From Phototrophicaceae bacterium (lineage in GTDB: Bacteria > Chloroflexota > Anaerolineae > Aggregatilineales > Phototrophicaceae): 64,000 bases of DNA. The stretch covers positions 3,946,780 through 4,010,779 of the forward strand of contig OZ242001.1 in the NCBI GenBank assembly GCA_965204635.1. The letters are read 5' to 3'. Shown piece after piece: positions 1-8,704 of the stretch (the first letter of the stretch is position 1; every line of letters begins with the position of its first letter). The notes below the pieces were generated by a model that worked only from the letters and a program-made list of their open reading frames with translations, did no database searches and had not been told where the DNA came from. Position numbers and translations under genes: made by a program.

Positions 1-1047
1 CTGATACGTATTCGCGTCCCAGACGCGGATATCCAGTTTGCCGACAATTGCAAATCGATTGCCATCCGGGCGCCAAGCGATCGAGTCGGCGTGGAAACGT
101 CCATAGCTCCACGCATGGCTGCCTTGGAGTTCCGCTCGCAATTCAAAGGTATTGCCGTCAAAGATACCGATCCGACAAAGCCCCGCGTTTCCATTGGTTG
201 CAATCTGCGAGCCGTCTGGCGACCAGCGAATGGCAACGATAGGAGATTCATCGTACCAGTAGTCCTTAAATGTGAAGGAATTGTCGTGAGAGTATATACG
301 CTGCTCGGTGGCGCCGACGGAGTCAATGAAGTAGCCAAGATCGGTGATGATCTTTCCCGAGGGATGACAATCCGCCACTTCGAAACCCAAGCCTGATCGA
401 GGGTTTTCGGTGCTGATCGTATGCACAGTCAGTTTCTTGACATAATCGACGACGTACACCTCATAACGGGTTACGATGGACAGGAGGCTGTGGGATAACC
501 AGCAAAGTGCGATTGCCCGATTGTACTCATGGTAAGGCGCGGCGCGACTCTTGAGATAGGTGAATGGGAATCCACCCGACATCGGGTCCAGGATCTTCAC
601 CGTGCCGTCATACTCGCCGCCCAGGATGAGCATGTCCTGCGGGTGCCAGCGTATTTCAGTTGCAAGGCGGGGGAACTGGACGGCCGAAATAACGGTCTGT
701 CTGCTCACATCAATGACAAGTACGGGAAAATCGTTTTCGAAGGACCGGCCACGGCTGTGCCGTTTCCTTTCGTGGTAATTGTGATTGCTGATAGCGATCC
801 AATCGCCGCTCGAGTGCCAGTCGAGGGTTGACGCGGGATAAACATCGAGCTCGGGCGTCGGAATATATCCGATCTCGTTGAATTCGGTGTCAAAGAGCCA
901 GAGCCCGGTCGTGCTGGCGACCGCTATAGTTTCACCGTCAGGGCTCCACGCGATGGCCGTTGCTATGCCGCGGTCCTCGGCACGCGAGACTACAGCGCTA
1001 TACAGTAGGCAGATCGCGGTCAGGGCAATTGCGAGCTGTTTCATCAT
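1..1047 (-). CDS. secreted beta-propeller (WD40/TolB-like) repeat protein; C-terminus cut by window edge
   Basis: Own minus-strand translation from ATG at 1047 (MMKQLAIALTAICLLYSAVVSRAEDRGIATAIAWSPDGETIAV...) stays open to position 1 (349 codons). Signal-peptide-like N-terminus. AWSPDG / RWSPDGSQIA / AWRPDGNRFAIVGKLDIRVWD repeats. Collinear paralog of 1079..2173. Absent from the ORF track because it runs off the window. Confidence 0.6.
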   Translation of the reverse strand, partial: MMKQLAIALTAICLLYSAVVSRAEDRGIATAIAWSPDGETIAVASTTGLWLFDTEFNEIGYIPTPELDVYPASTLDWHSSGDWIAISNHNYHERKRHSRGRSFENDFPVLVIDVSRQTVISAVQFPRLATEIRWHPQDMLILGGEYDGTVKILDPMSGGFPFTYLKSRAAPYHEYNRAIALCWLSHSLLSIVTRYEVYVVDYVKKLTVHTISTENPRSGLGFEVADCHPSGKIITDLGYFIDSVGATEQRIYSHDNSFTFKDYWYDESPIVAIRWSPDGSQIATNGNAGLCRIGIFDGNTFELRAELQGSHAWSYGRFHADSIAWRPDGNRFAIVGKLDIRVWDANTYQ

Positions 1048-1078
1048 TGGTCCTCCAGGCAGACGCGCTGAGGCAGGC

Positions 1079-2173
1079 TCATAACTCCGGGCACTTCACA
1101 TGATGGCTGTGCAAATACTCGATGCGTTCCGCTTCGCTCCAGTTTTCATCCATGGAAGACGGGTAAAAGGGGACGTCAAAACCGGCGAATCGTCTGAGCA
1201 GGGTGAAGGTCTCGGCATCCCAAAGGCGAATGTCAAATTGGCCGAGCGTAGCAAAGCGACTGCCATCCGGACGCCAGGCAACGGAATTGGCATAACGCAG
1301 ATAGTTGTGCACACGTGAATAGCTGCCCGGCAGCTCCGCAATTATTTCGGTGGTATCGCCGTCAAAGACGCCGAAGCGGCACATGCCGCCGTTGCCATTG
1401 GCGACGATCTTGCTGCCATCGGGCGACCAAGCCACTGAGACATATTCGAATGCGTAATCGTCGAGCGTCGCCAGATGAGAATCCTTCACTAAGCGGCGGC
1501 CGTCATCAATGTCGAAGACCAGACCATAACTTGTAGCAAGTTTTTCATCTTGGTAACAGTCAATCGCGCCGGTGCCGCTATTGCCGAAGGTCTTGACCAC
1601 CTCTTGATCGGAGACACGAACGATAATGATGTCGTAGTCGCCTGCCAAAGCTATCAAATCGTTGTTCAGCCAGCAGCCCGAATACAGATGGTTGAAATGA
1701 CGCGCATCAGGCTCTTGGATATCCGGCGGATCAATATGGATGAGTTCTTCGCCGGTCAGCGCGTCCCATATGCTGACTTCAAAGAAGCTAACAGACAGGA
1801 TGATGTTCTCTTCCGGGCGCCACCGTAGCGATAAAGGCATGTCGACCTTGAGTAGGTTGATTACGCGCTGGCTTTGCGCAGAGATGATTACTATAGGCGC
1901 GTCATTATTGCGTAAGCTAATGGCGATCAGATCGCCTTCCGCATTCCAATCGAGCGAATCGGGGGGCATTCCGCCTAATTCCGGTGTCGGCACATAGCCC
2001 GTTTCATTGAACTCAGTATCAAAGAACCAAACCCCGGTGCTACTCCCGACCGCGATCGTCTTGCCGTTCGGGCTCCAGGCGATTGCCGTCGCCCAGCCGC
2101 GCTCTTGCGCATAGCCCGCGCCCCCTGAGGCCAGCGCCCAAGCCAGCGCTAGTAGCGCAACCCATCTCAACAT
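1079..2173 (-). CDS. secreted beta-propeller (WD40/TolB-like) repeat protein
   Basis: ORF 1079..2266(-). Start placed at internal ATG 2173 (MLRWVALLALAWALASGGAGYAQ, signal peptide). Repeats AWSPNGKTIAV, AWSPDGSKIV, AWRPDGSRFATLGQFDIRLWD. Clearly paralogous to 1..1047. Confidence 0.65.
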   Translation of the reverse strand: MLRWVALLALAWALASGGAGYAQERGWATAIAWSPNGKTIAVGSSTGVWFFDTEFNETGYVPTPELGGMPPDSLDWNAEGDLIAISLRNNDAPIVIISAQSQRVINLLKVDMPLSLRWRPEENIILSVSFFEVSIWDALTGEELIHIDPPDIQEPDARHFNHLYSGCWLNNDLIALAGDYDIIIVRVSDQEVVKTFGNSGTGAIDCYQDEKLATSYGLVFDIDDGRRLVKDSHLATLDDYAFEYVSVAWSPDGSKIVANGNGGMCRFGVFDGDTTEIIAELPGSYSRVHNYLRYANSVAWRPDGSRFATLGQFDIRLWDAETFTLLRRFAGFDVPFYPSSMDENWSEAERIEYLHSHHVKCPEL

Positions 2174-2290
2174 TGCAGTCTGCCCCAAGGTCTGCCTTCG
2201 TGACTTTGACGCAGTATATACGCAAGCGGCGCAACTGCGCCGCAGCAGTGGAAAGCCGTAAGGCAAAGCGGTGGTTAGGGCGGGAATGGT

Positions 2291-3088
2291 CTATCCCAAG
2301 ACCGGATTCAAAGGCGTCGCCGCCAGATCGCCCGGCGCCGTGCCCGGCAGCCAGTGGTCGCGATCGCTAACGCGGTTCTTGTTATCCAGTTCGCTTACGC
2401 GCGTCCCATCGGCGAAATAGATCACCGTCATCGCCGGGCGCATCCGGTCGGAGAAATTGGGCGGCGCCGAGTGCAGCGTCCAGCCGCTGTGGAAGGTGGC
2501 CGCGCCCGCCGGCATGACATCGGCTTGCGTCAGCCGGAAGCCCTTTTGCTCGACGAATGCGCGCAGCTGCGCCTCGGATTCGTCCGAGATGGGAATATCG
2601 CCGAGGTAGCCTTCGACATGCGAGCCGGAAGCGAAACGCAGCGTGCCCATTTCGGCCTTGATATCGACCAGCGTCATCCACATGGTGATCGTCTTGTTGG
2701 TGGCCAGCGGCCAATAATGCTGATCCTGATGCCAGGGGGTGATGCCGCCGCCGGCTTCCTTGAACAGGGCCTGATCGTGATAGAGCCGCACGCGCTCCAC
2801 GCCCATCAGGCGCGCGGCGATGCCGGCAAAGCGCCCGGCCAGCACATATTCTTTTACCACATCGTTGTATTCCCAAAGATTGGTCGTCTGCAGGAAGGCG
2901 CGGCCGTAAGTGTCGCGGTCTTTCAGGGCCCGCGTTTCCTTGTTGCGCTCGGCGACTGTCCGGACGATGGCGTCATGGTAGGGCGGGATGTATTCGGCGG
3001 GCAGCACGGCATCAAGCAGGATATGCCCGTCGCGCTGGTACTTCGCCACTTGCTCGTCGGCGATTGGATAGTCGGTATCCAGAATCAT
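2291..3088 (-). CDS. phytanoyl-CoA dioxygenase (PhyH) family Fe(II)/2-oxoglutarate oxygenase
   Basis: 265-aa ORF with AAGGAG 8 nt upstream of ATG 3088. YQRDGHILL N-terminus, WHQDQHYWP (HxD iron ligands) and distal His in TFHSGWTLHSAPPN are typical of the PhyH family. Confidence 0.8.
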   Translation of the reverse strand: MILDTDYPIADEQVAKYQRDGHILLDAVLPAEYIPPYHDAIVRTVAERNKETRALKDRDTYGRAFLQTTNLWEYNDVVKEYVLAGRFAGIAARLMGVERVRLYHDQALFKEAGGGITPWHQDQHYWPLATNKTITMWMTLVDIKAEMGTLRFASGSHVEGYLGDIPISDESEAQLRAFVEQKGFRLTQADVMPAGAATFHSGWTLHSAPPNFSDRMRPAMTVIYFADGTRVSELDNKNRVSDRDHWLPGTAPGDLAATPLNPVLG

Positions 3089-3114
3089 CTTGACGCTCCT
3101 TCTACCCTAGCTTT

Positions 3115-3323
3115 CTCAGTAAGCGCAAGTAAATAATTGAAAAAATGCGCATCGTTTTTCGCGGCATACTTGCGGGCGACCCAAGGGTCGCCCCTACGAC
3201 ATAAGAGGAAACTCGGTGTACGGGCGAGCCGGTGGCTCGCATGTCATATTGAGATTGTGAATTCGGGCGAGCCAAGGCTCGCCCCTACAATGTTCTGAAT
3301 TTTGCAAGACTTGCTTGCGCCTG
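3115..3323 (+). mobile_element. MITE-like composite repeat (copy 1)
   Basis: CTCAGTAAGCGCAAGTAAATAATTGAAAAAATGCGCATCG...three REP hairpins (3174-3194, 3222-3240, 3265-3285)...GCAAGACTTGCTTGCGCCTG. The ends are imperfect inverted repeats (GCGCAAGTAA / TTGCTTGCGC). Confidence 0.5.
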
Positions 3324-3400
3324 CTTTCCTGTCGGCGGTCAGTGTCGGCGGTCAGTGTCTACGCGACCTACGCGACCTACGCGATCTCTGCCGCCGAGAT

Positions 3401-4435
3401 TCAATGATCGTGGTCGACATCTTCGTGCGGCACAAGCACCATAAAACCGGCATCGTCGCCCATCATGGATTTCACGCGATTGTCATCAAAGCGCTCGCCG
3501 TAGAGTTCGGGGGCGTTGGCGGCGCAAAGCGAGCCGAATTTGGGCTGGGCGTAGGGCAGGTGGGTCGCGCCGCGCGCCAGGATATGTTCATGATTGCGCG
3601 AGACATTCCCGTCCGCGCCCTCGTAATTGGCGCGTTTGCCGCCGTGGTTCCAGGCCACGCGCGAGCGGGCATTGCAATAATGACTCACGAAGGCGCGCCG
3701 CGGCCGGTCGGAATTGTTGCGATGGGAACGGTGGAAGACATGCCCGCCGAAGAACACGACATCGCCCGGCTCGGCGTAAATCGGTACTTCCCGCTCGTAG
3801 CGCAGCGCGATCTGCGCCAGCGTGTTGACCTGCACATCGGGATGGCTGACGCTCTTGATCGAGTCGATATCGCTGAGGATGGTGTCGCCTTGCTGCGTCA
3901 CCCCGTCGCAATCGGGATAGATCGGTTCATGCTGGGAGCCCGGCGTCATCCAGAGGCAGCCGTTCTCCTCATCGGCCGGGTCAATCGCCATCCAGGCGCC
4001 GATCAGCGTGTCGGGCTGGGTGGGAATGTAATAGGAATCCTGGTGGAATCCCTGGCCGCCCTGGCCCGGCTGCTTGAAGAAGAGCATGGTTTGCAAGCAG
4101 AGCACATCGGGACCGATTAATGCCTCCAGCACATCGACGATGCGCGGATGCAGAAGGAAGCGCTCGGCGATTTCGCTAGTGCGGTGCGGCATGTGGATGC
4201 GGTCATAGAAATGGCGCCGTTCCGCGGCGGTCGCCTCGGCCGGCGGCGCCGGGAGGCCGGGCATCGTCCGTCGGCCCGCCATCATATCATCGGTGAAGTC
4301 AGCCCATTCCCGCGCTTCCTCCGGCGCGACCAGACCGCGAACGACCAGGTAGCCATCGCGCCGAAAGGCTTTGTATTCTTCCACCCGCACTTGATAAGTC
4401 TCGTGACTGCGCGTCGCCGCCTCTGCCAATACCAT
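3401..4435 (-). CDS. phytanoyl-CoA dioxygenase (PhyH) family Fe(II)/2-oxoglutarate oxygenase
   Basis: 344-aa ORF. FRRDGYLVVRGL, FHQDSYYIP (HxD) and VFFGGHVFHRSHRN motifs. Confidence 0.8.
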   Translation of the reverse strand: MVLAEAATRSHETYQVRVEEYKAFRRDGYLVVRGLVAPEEAREWADFTDDMMAGRRTMPGLPAPPAEATAAERRHFYDRIHMPHRTSEIAERFLLHPRIVDVLEALIGPDVLCLQTMLFFKQPGQGGQGFHQDSYYIPTQPDTLIGAWMAIDPADEENGCLWMTPGSQHEPIYPDCDGVTQQGDTILSDIDSIKSVSHPDVQVNTLAQIALRYEREVPIYAEPGDVVFFGGHVFHRSHRNNSDRPRRAFVSHYCNARSRVAWNHGGKRANYEGADGNVSRNHEHILARGATHLPYAQPKFGSLCAANAPELYGERFDDNRVKSMMGDDAGFMVLVPHEDVDHDH

Positions 4436-4571
4436 GTTGCTTGCCTCTCACATCTTATCTGCCACAAACATCACCTCAAGATTATCCGATTTGCGCCAGA
4501 TTTCAATGAATTGCCGGGCAACCGCTTCAAAATCATAATAAGATATTCGCCACAAAAAATGTGAAAACGTA

Positions 4572-4592
4572 GGGGCGTCTCGTGAGACGCCC
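4572..4592. repeat. REP-type hairpin (second sequence class)
   Basis: GTAGGGGCGTCTCGTGAGACGCCC. Identical module at 8291-8311, with ~100 bp of flanking similarity. Confidence 0.7.
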
Positions 4593-4667
4593 GTTGCAAA
4601 TGGCCTGCAAATTGCGAGCGTTTCAGCGGGTCGCGTAGGTCGCGTGGACACTGACCTTCAGCGCCGA

Positions 4668-4824
4668 GAAATGCGATTAATCGGGGATATGGCGACATAC
4701 ATGCGGGCGAGCCAAGGCTCGCCCCTACGGCATACGAGGAGACTCGGTGTACGGGCGAGCCGGTGGCTCGTCCTCTGATGCTATAGAATTCCAATCAGTT
4801 TTTGTATGACTTACTTGCATTTAA
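4668..4824 (+). mobile_element. MITE-like composite repeat (copy 2, partial)
   Basis: ...ATGCGGGCGAGCCAAGGCTCGCCCCTACGGCATACGAGGAGACTCGGTGTACGGGCGAGCCGGTGGCTCG...GACTTACTTGCATTTAA. Core collinear with copies 1, 3 and 4. Confidence 0.45.
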
Positions 4825-4901
4825 TTCTGTGTTCTCTGCGTTTAAGAAAAATTTGAAGCGACTGCCCTGTTAATGGTCCGCCGGCACAAGCGCGAATTTT
4901 C

Positions 4902-4923
4902 GGGCGACACACAGTGTCGCCCC
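4902..4923. repeat. REP-type hairpin
   Basis: GGGCGACACACAGTGTCGCCCCTAC, the inverted version of the module at 30887 and 52626. Confidence 0.7.
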
Positions 4924-5209
4924 TACATATCGAACTTATACCGAGTTTCACAAGACTTAATTTGTGTTGCTTGCGCCTCTGTGGTGAAATAATCGCTCCC
5001 TAAAGCCTTGGAGACGCCTTTACAAAGGTTGGCGATTCCAACATTGTTCAAGAGAAAACACTTTGCGCCCTTTGCGTCTTTGTGATGAAAAACATCCCTA
5101 CCTTCAGTAAACGCAAGTAATTCGCACAAAACCCCGACGCGGATGCCGGCAATTGCAGACGTCGCTATAATCGCAAGTTGAAAAGAACGCCTTGACAAGG
5201 AGAATCGAC

Positions 5210-6250
5210 ATGGAACAGAGAAGCTTCGGCAATACCGACCTGACATGCTCGGCGCTTGGCTTCGGCACCTGGGAATTGGGCACAACCCAATACGGCGAGA
5301 TCGACATCGACGAAGCTGTGCGCGCCGTGCACATGGCGATCGACCATGGCGTCACCCTCTTCGATACGGCCGAAGTTTACGGTCCATTCACCTCTGAAGA
5401 GTTGTTGGCGCGCGGCTTGGGGCAGCGCCGCCAGGACATCGTCCTGGTGACGAAGGTCGGCTTCATCTTTCACGATGACCCGACCATCGTTGGCGACGCC
5501 GCTATCGCGGGCCGGAACGCCTCGGCGGCCTACATTACCGAACGGACGGAAGGCTGCCTCAAGCGCCTCAATACCGATTATGTCGATCTCATGCTGATCC
5601 ATTGGCCCGATCTTGTGACGCCGCACGAAGAGACGATGGGCGCGCTGGAAGCGCTGAAGGCCGCGGGCAAAATCCGGCATTATGGTGTATCCAATTATGA
5701 CGTGTCGATGATGGCGCAATGCCAGGAATACGGCAGCCTGGCCGCCAACCAGGTCGGCTACAACATGTTTGACCGGCGGATGGAAGCGGCCGTTCTGCCC
5801 TATTGCCTGGAGCAGGGCATCGGCTTCATGGCTTATGGCAGCCTGGCTTTCGGTTTGTTGACTGGCGCCCTGACGCCGGACACGGTCTTTGCCGAGAACG
5901 ACTGGCGCCGCCGCGGCATGGCTTTTGGCTTGCCGGTCTTTCAGCGCGAGAATTTCCTCAAAGAACTGCGGGTCACCGAGCGGCTCAAGGCGGTGGCGGC
6001 CGGTTACAACCGGTCAGTCGCGCAGTTGGCGCTGGCCTGGGTGCTGAGCCATCCGGCTGTGACCGTCGGCTTGGTGGGCATGCGCAACGAGCGCGAACTG
6101 GAAGAGAATATCGCCGCTGTCGATTGGCGTTTGAGCGATGGCGACCGCGCCGAGATCGACCGCATCTTCGCCGAAGAAGGCGTGCCGACTTACGCCGATG
6201 GCCGGCAAATGACGGATGTCGGCAAAGGCGGCGAGTCACACGCGGAGTAG
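5210..6250 (+). CDS. aldo/keto reductase
   Basis: ORF 5192..6250. Start at ATG 5210 preceded by AAGGAG. MEQRSFGNTDLTCSALGFGTWELG, LFDTAEVYG, HYGVSNY motifs of the AKR superfamily. Confidence 0.9.
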   Translation: MEQRSFGNTDLTCSALGFGTWELGTTQYGEIDIDEAVRAVHMAIDHGVTLFDTAEVYGPFTSEELLARGLGQRRQDIVLVTKVGFIFHDDPTIVGDAAIAGRNASAAYITERTEGCLKRLNTDYVDLMLIHWPDLVTPHEETMGALEALKAAGKIRHYGVSNYDVSMMAQCQEYGSLAANQVGYNMFDRRMEAAVLPYCLEQGIGFMAYGSLAFGLLTGALTPDTVFAENDWRRRGMAFGLPVFQRENFLKELRVTERLKAVAAGYNRSVAQLALAWVLSHPAVTVGLVGMRNERELEENIAAVDWRLSDGDRAEIDRIFAEEGVPTYADGRQMTDVGKGGESHAE

Positions 6251-6574
6251 GCTAAGGCGCGTTGATGTGGCGGCGGGCTAGCCGTCACTCTTCTTGCCGC
6301 TCGGCGGCTGTGGTCTGGCAGGCGGGCGCCTATGCAGTAATGGCGCAGCGCGCTTCAACGGTGGGTCTGAAGGACTGCGAGGCTTCACAGGAGGCAAGCT
6401 CCCAATGTCAATCTTGACCCGGTTGATTGGTTCAACTCTTAGCTCGCGCATGGCTGACTCCTTGAGTTCGGCGCTTTGCGATATATGCCTCTCGTTCCCA
6501 TAGATGTGGAACTGCTACAGATAGTTACGTTTGAGAATTTAGCGTAATATAAAGAATAGTAACCATGATTTGCT

Positions 6575-6605
6575 TTGACTATTGATGTCTGCATAGTGTT
6601 ATGCT
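6575..6605 (+). promoter_or_regulatory. possible sigma70-like promoter (TTGACT - 18/19 nt - TATGCT)
   Basis: TTGACT at 6575-6580 and TATGCT at 6600-6605 in an AT-rich spacer about 45 nt upstream of the small ORF starting at 6650. Spacing is slightly long. Pattern match only. Confidence 0.25.
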
Positions 6606-6649
6606 ACACTATTGTAGCCAGAGTTTCACGGTACGGGAGCGGCAAAGCT

Positions 6650-6913
6650 ATGTCTGGGCAACTTCTAGAGCGAGTTCGAGGCGAGCAGATTCAAACTCCA
6701 CGTTCTGACGAGGCGAGCACCGCCAGATTTATAAGAGAAGATATTGAGACATTAGCCGCGCTAAAGGCAGATGTCAGATGGATCAAGTGGGTTTTGGGCA
6801 TAATGGCCACTCTAGGGACTGCTCTAGGAATTGCAGCATTCTTCCATATTCTGCATCGGTTTGGACAAATCAATGCGATTCTTTTGGAGATCGTTCAGAG
6901 GCTTCCACCCTAA
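6650..6913 (+). CDS. hypothetical small membrane-anchored protein
   Basis: ORF 6575..6913 opens with TTG. The more plausible start is ATG 6650 (MSGQLLERV...). One C-terminal hydrophobic helix (WVLGIMATLGTALGIAAFFHIL). Lies in a low-GC islet. No recognisable family. Confidence 0.3.
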   Translation: MSGQLLERVRGEQIQTPRSDEASTARFIREDIETLAALKADVRWIKWVLGIMATLGTALGIAAFFHILHRFGQINAILLEIVQRLPP

Positions 6914-6978
6914 GATAATGAACCACGATTTCTATACGCAGTTCCTAGAATTTGCTTATCAGACCAACCCCAAAAGGC

Positions 6979-8154
6979 TCAGCCCTCCTGCAAGCCGGCC
7001 GGCGCCAACTCGCCGATTGAGCGCTCTAAATCGCTAGCCGCGCGTGCGGGCTCGCTCTCCTCCAGCGGCGGTTCCGGATTCGCCGTGGGCGGCAAGGGCG
7101 TATCGAACTCATAATCCGGTTCGCGCCGTTGCCGGTCCCAGGCCTGGCGCATCTCTTTCCAGGCGCCGATCAGCGTGCGCGGAACGGGCATATCGTCCTT
7201 GATTTCTTCGTACAGCTTCGCCAGGTTGTAGCAGGGCACGCCGGCGTACATGTGATGCTCGATATGCCAGTTCATCCGCCAATACAGGAAAGAAAATAGC
7301 GGATTCAACTTGACCGAGCGCGTATTCTTGCGGAAATCGCGGCTGTGTTCGCGCAAGCCGCAGTGCTGCGTCAAACCGACAAAGTAGGACAACCAATTGC
7401 CGATGAATACCGCGCCGGTGAAGATCAACGGGAGTACCCACCAGCCGCTGACGATCGCAATCAGCAATACGCCGCCATGAAAGGCCAGCAGAATGCGGCA
7501 CCAGATGATCGAACGCCGATGCTGCTCCGGTTGATCCGTATGTAAAGCCTTTAGCCATTCATTGATCGGTGCCCGCTCATCCGAGGGGACACGGCCCACC
7601 GCTCCCAATAGCGTGATGATCAGCGTCGAAATCAAGCCGCCTTTGCCGAAGGTGCGTCCGCGCTGCGTCAGCAGATTGATGGTGAACATCTGCAGCATGA
7701 ATGTCGACGCCAGCGACGGCTCCAGCGGCAGCAGGTTCTCGCGGTCGCCTTCCGCGTGCAAGGTGTAACGATGGTGGTAGGTGTGGCTGCTGGCATAGTC
7801 GAACTGGTCCCACCAGCCGATCAAGCTGAAAAAGTACAAGAAGAATTTGTTGAGCCATTTGGTCTTGAAAACCGTGCCATGGCCGAGCTCATGCGGCGCC
7901 GTGCCCGTGAAAAAGCTGGCGACCGTGCCGTGAAAAAACAGCGCCACCAGCATCGCCAGCCAGAGCTCATTCCACCAGAAGCCGAAAACCAGCGCGCCGG
8001 TGAAGATGAAGAGGGCGGTATGCCCGCCGGCTTGAAACCAGCCTTGGGCGTCGCTTCGGCGCGAAAGCTCGCGCAGACGCCCCGGTTTCATCGGGCAGCG
8101 GTACCAATCCACCCGAAGGCTCTTCCGCACTTCCGAAAGGGGTTGGTAAGTCAT
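6979..8154 (-). CDS. membrane fatty-acid desaturase family protein
   Basis: 391-aa ORF with three His boxes (HELGH, HTYHHRYTLH, HIEHHMY) and multiple TM segments. Confidence 0.85.
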   Translation of the reverse strand: MTYQPLSEVRKSLRVDWYRCPMKPGRLRELSRRSDAQGWFQAGGHTALFIFTGALVFGFWWNELWLAMLVALFFHGTVASFFTGTAPHELGHGTVFKTKWLNKFFLYFFSLIGWWDQFDYASSHTYHHRYTLHAEGDRENLLPLEPSLASTFMLQMFTINLLTQRGRTFGKGGLISTLIITLLGAVGRVPSDERAPINEWLKALHTDQPEQHRRSIIWCRILLAFHGGVLLIAIVSGWWVLPLIFTGAVFIGNWLSYFVGLTQHCGLREHSRDFRKNTRSVKLNPLFSFLYWRMNWHIEHHMYAGVPCYNLAKLYEEIKDDMPVPRTLIGAWKEMRQAWDRQRREPDYEFDTPLPPTANPEPPLEESEPARAASDLERSIGELAPAGLQEG

Positions 8155-8290
8155 CGCTGCGCCCCGCTTGAATCCAAGAATTCATCCGCGCATATTATAG
8201 CCAAAGCGACCACATAAAAGGCAACTATTTGCGGCCTGCTCCGGGCAAGCGCTTCAAAACATTATCCGCCGATGGCCATGCAAAAATGTA

Positions 8291-8311
8291 GGGGCGTCTC
8301 GTGAGACGCCC
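8291..8311. repeat. REP-type hairpin within a ~330-bp dispersed repeat block (8270-8620)
   Basis: GGGGCGTCTCGTGAGACGCCC. The block continues with sequence shared with 4560-4680 and with 25600-25830 (…AAGCCTGCCCAATT(C/T)AAGCAGTGGATTTAGG…CTCTG(T/C)GTCCTCTGTAGTTAAA). Confidence 0.65.
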
Positions 8312-8704
8312 GTTGAAAATGGTCTACAAATTGTGGGCGTTTCGGCGGGTCGCGTGGGTCGCGTATAGACTGACCGCCGACACTGACCTTCAGCAGCGAG
8401 AAAAGCGATTGATCAGAGACTTCGCGACGCTTTGTCGCAAGAGCTTTGATCGAGAAGCGAAGCTTATGAACAAGGAAGTTTATGAACATGTTAGTGGCAA
8501 GCCTGCCCAATTCAAGCAGTGGATTTAGGCGAAAATCCGTAAATGGAACCTAAACTCTGTGCCCTCTGCGTCCTCTGTAGTTAAAGAGTTAAAGAAAAGA
8601 CTGATGCGATTGCTGCGCCTTGCGCGGGGGTTTGTGGCGATACAGAGTCTATCTGTGTTACCATTCAATCTAGCGCAAGCGATAGATCAAAGGAAAGTGT
8701 AAAC

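Noticed and set aside
6278-6451. 57-codon minus-strand ORF (MRELRVEPINRVKIDIGSLPPVKPRSPSDPPLKRAAP...) with AAGGAG 7 nt upstream of ATG 6451
   Set aside because: It has a good RBS, but the product is low-complexity and Pro/Arg-rich. The ORF is below the track threshold and there is no supporting context. It is too weak to call as a feature and would need conservation or expression evidence.
8301-8528. ORFs lying in dispersed repeat blocks that look similar to each other: 8301..8528(+) vs 25535..25729(+), and 4471..4794(-) vs 8262..8510(-)
   Set aside because: The similarity is at the nucleotide level of the repeat. The reading frame is not maintained between copies (…CRKSFDREAKLMNKEV… versus …CRKIFGREGSSSARL…, with a different frame and stop). 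They contain REP hairpins. They are non-coding repeat sequence.
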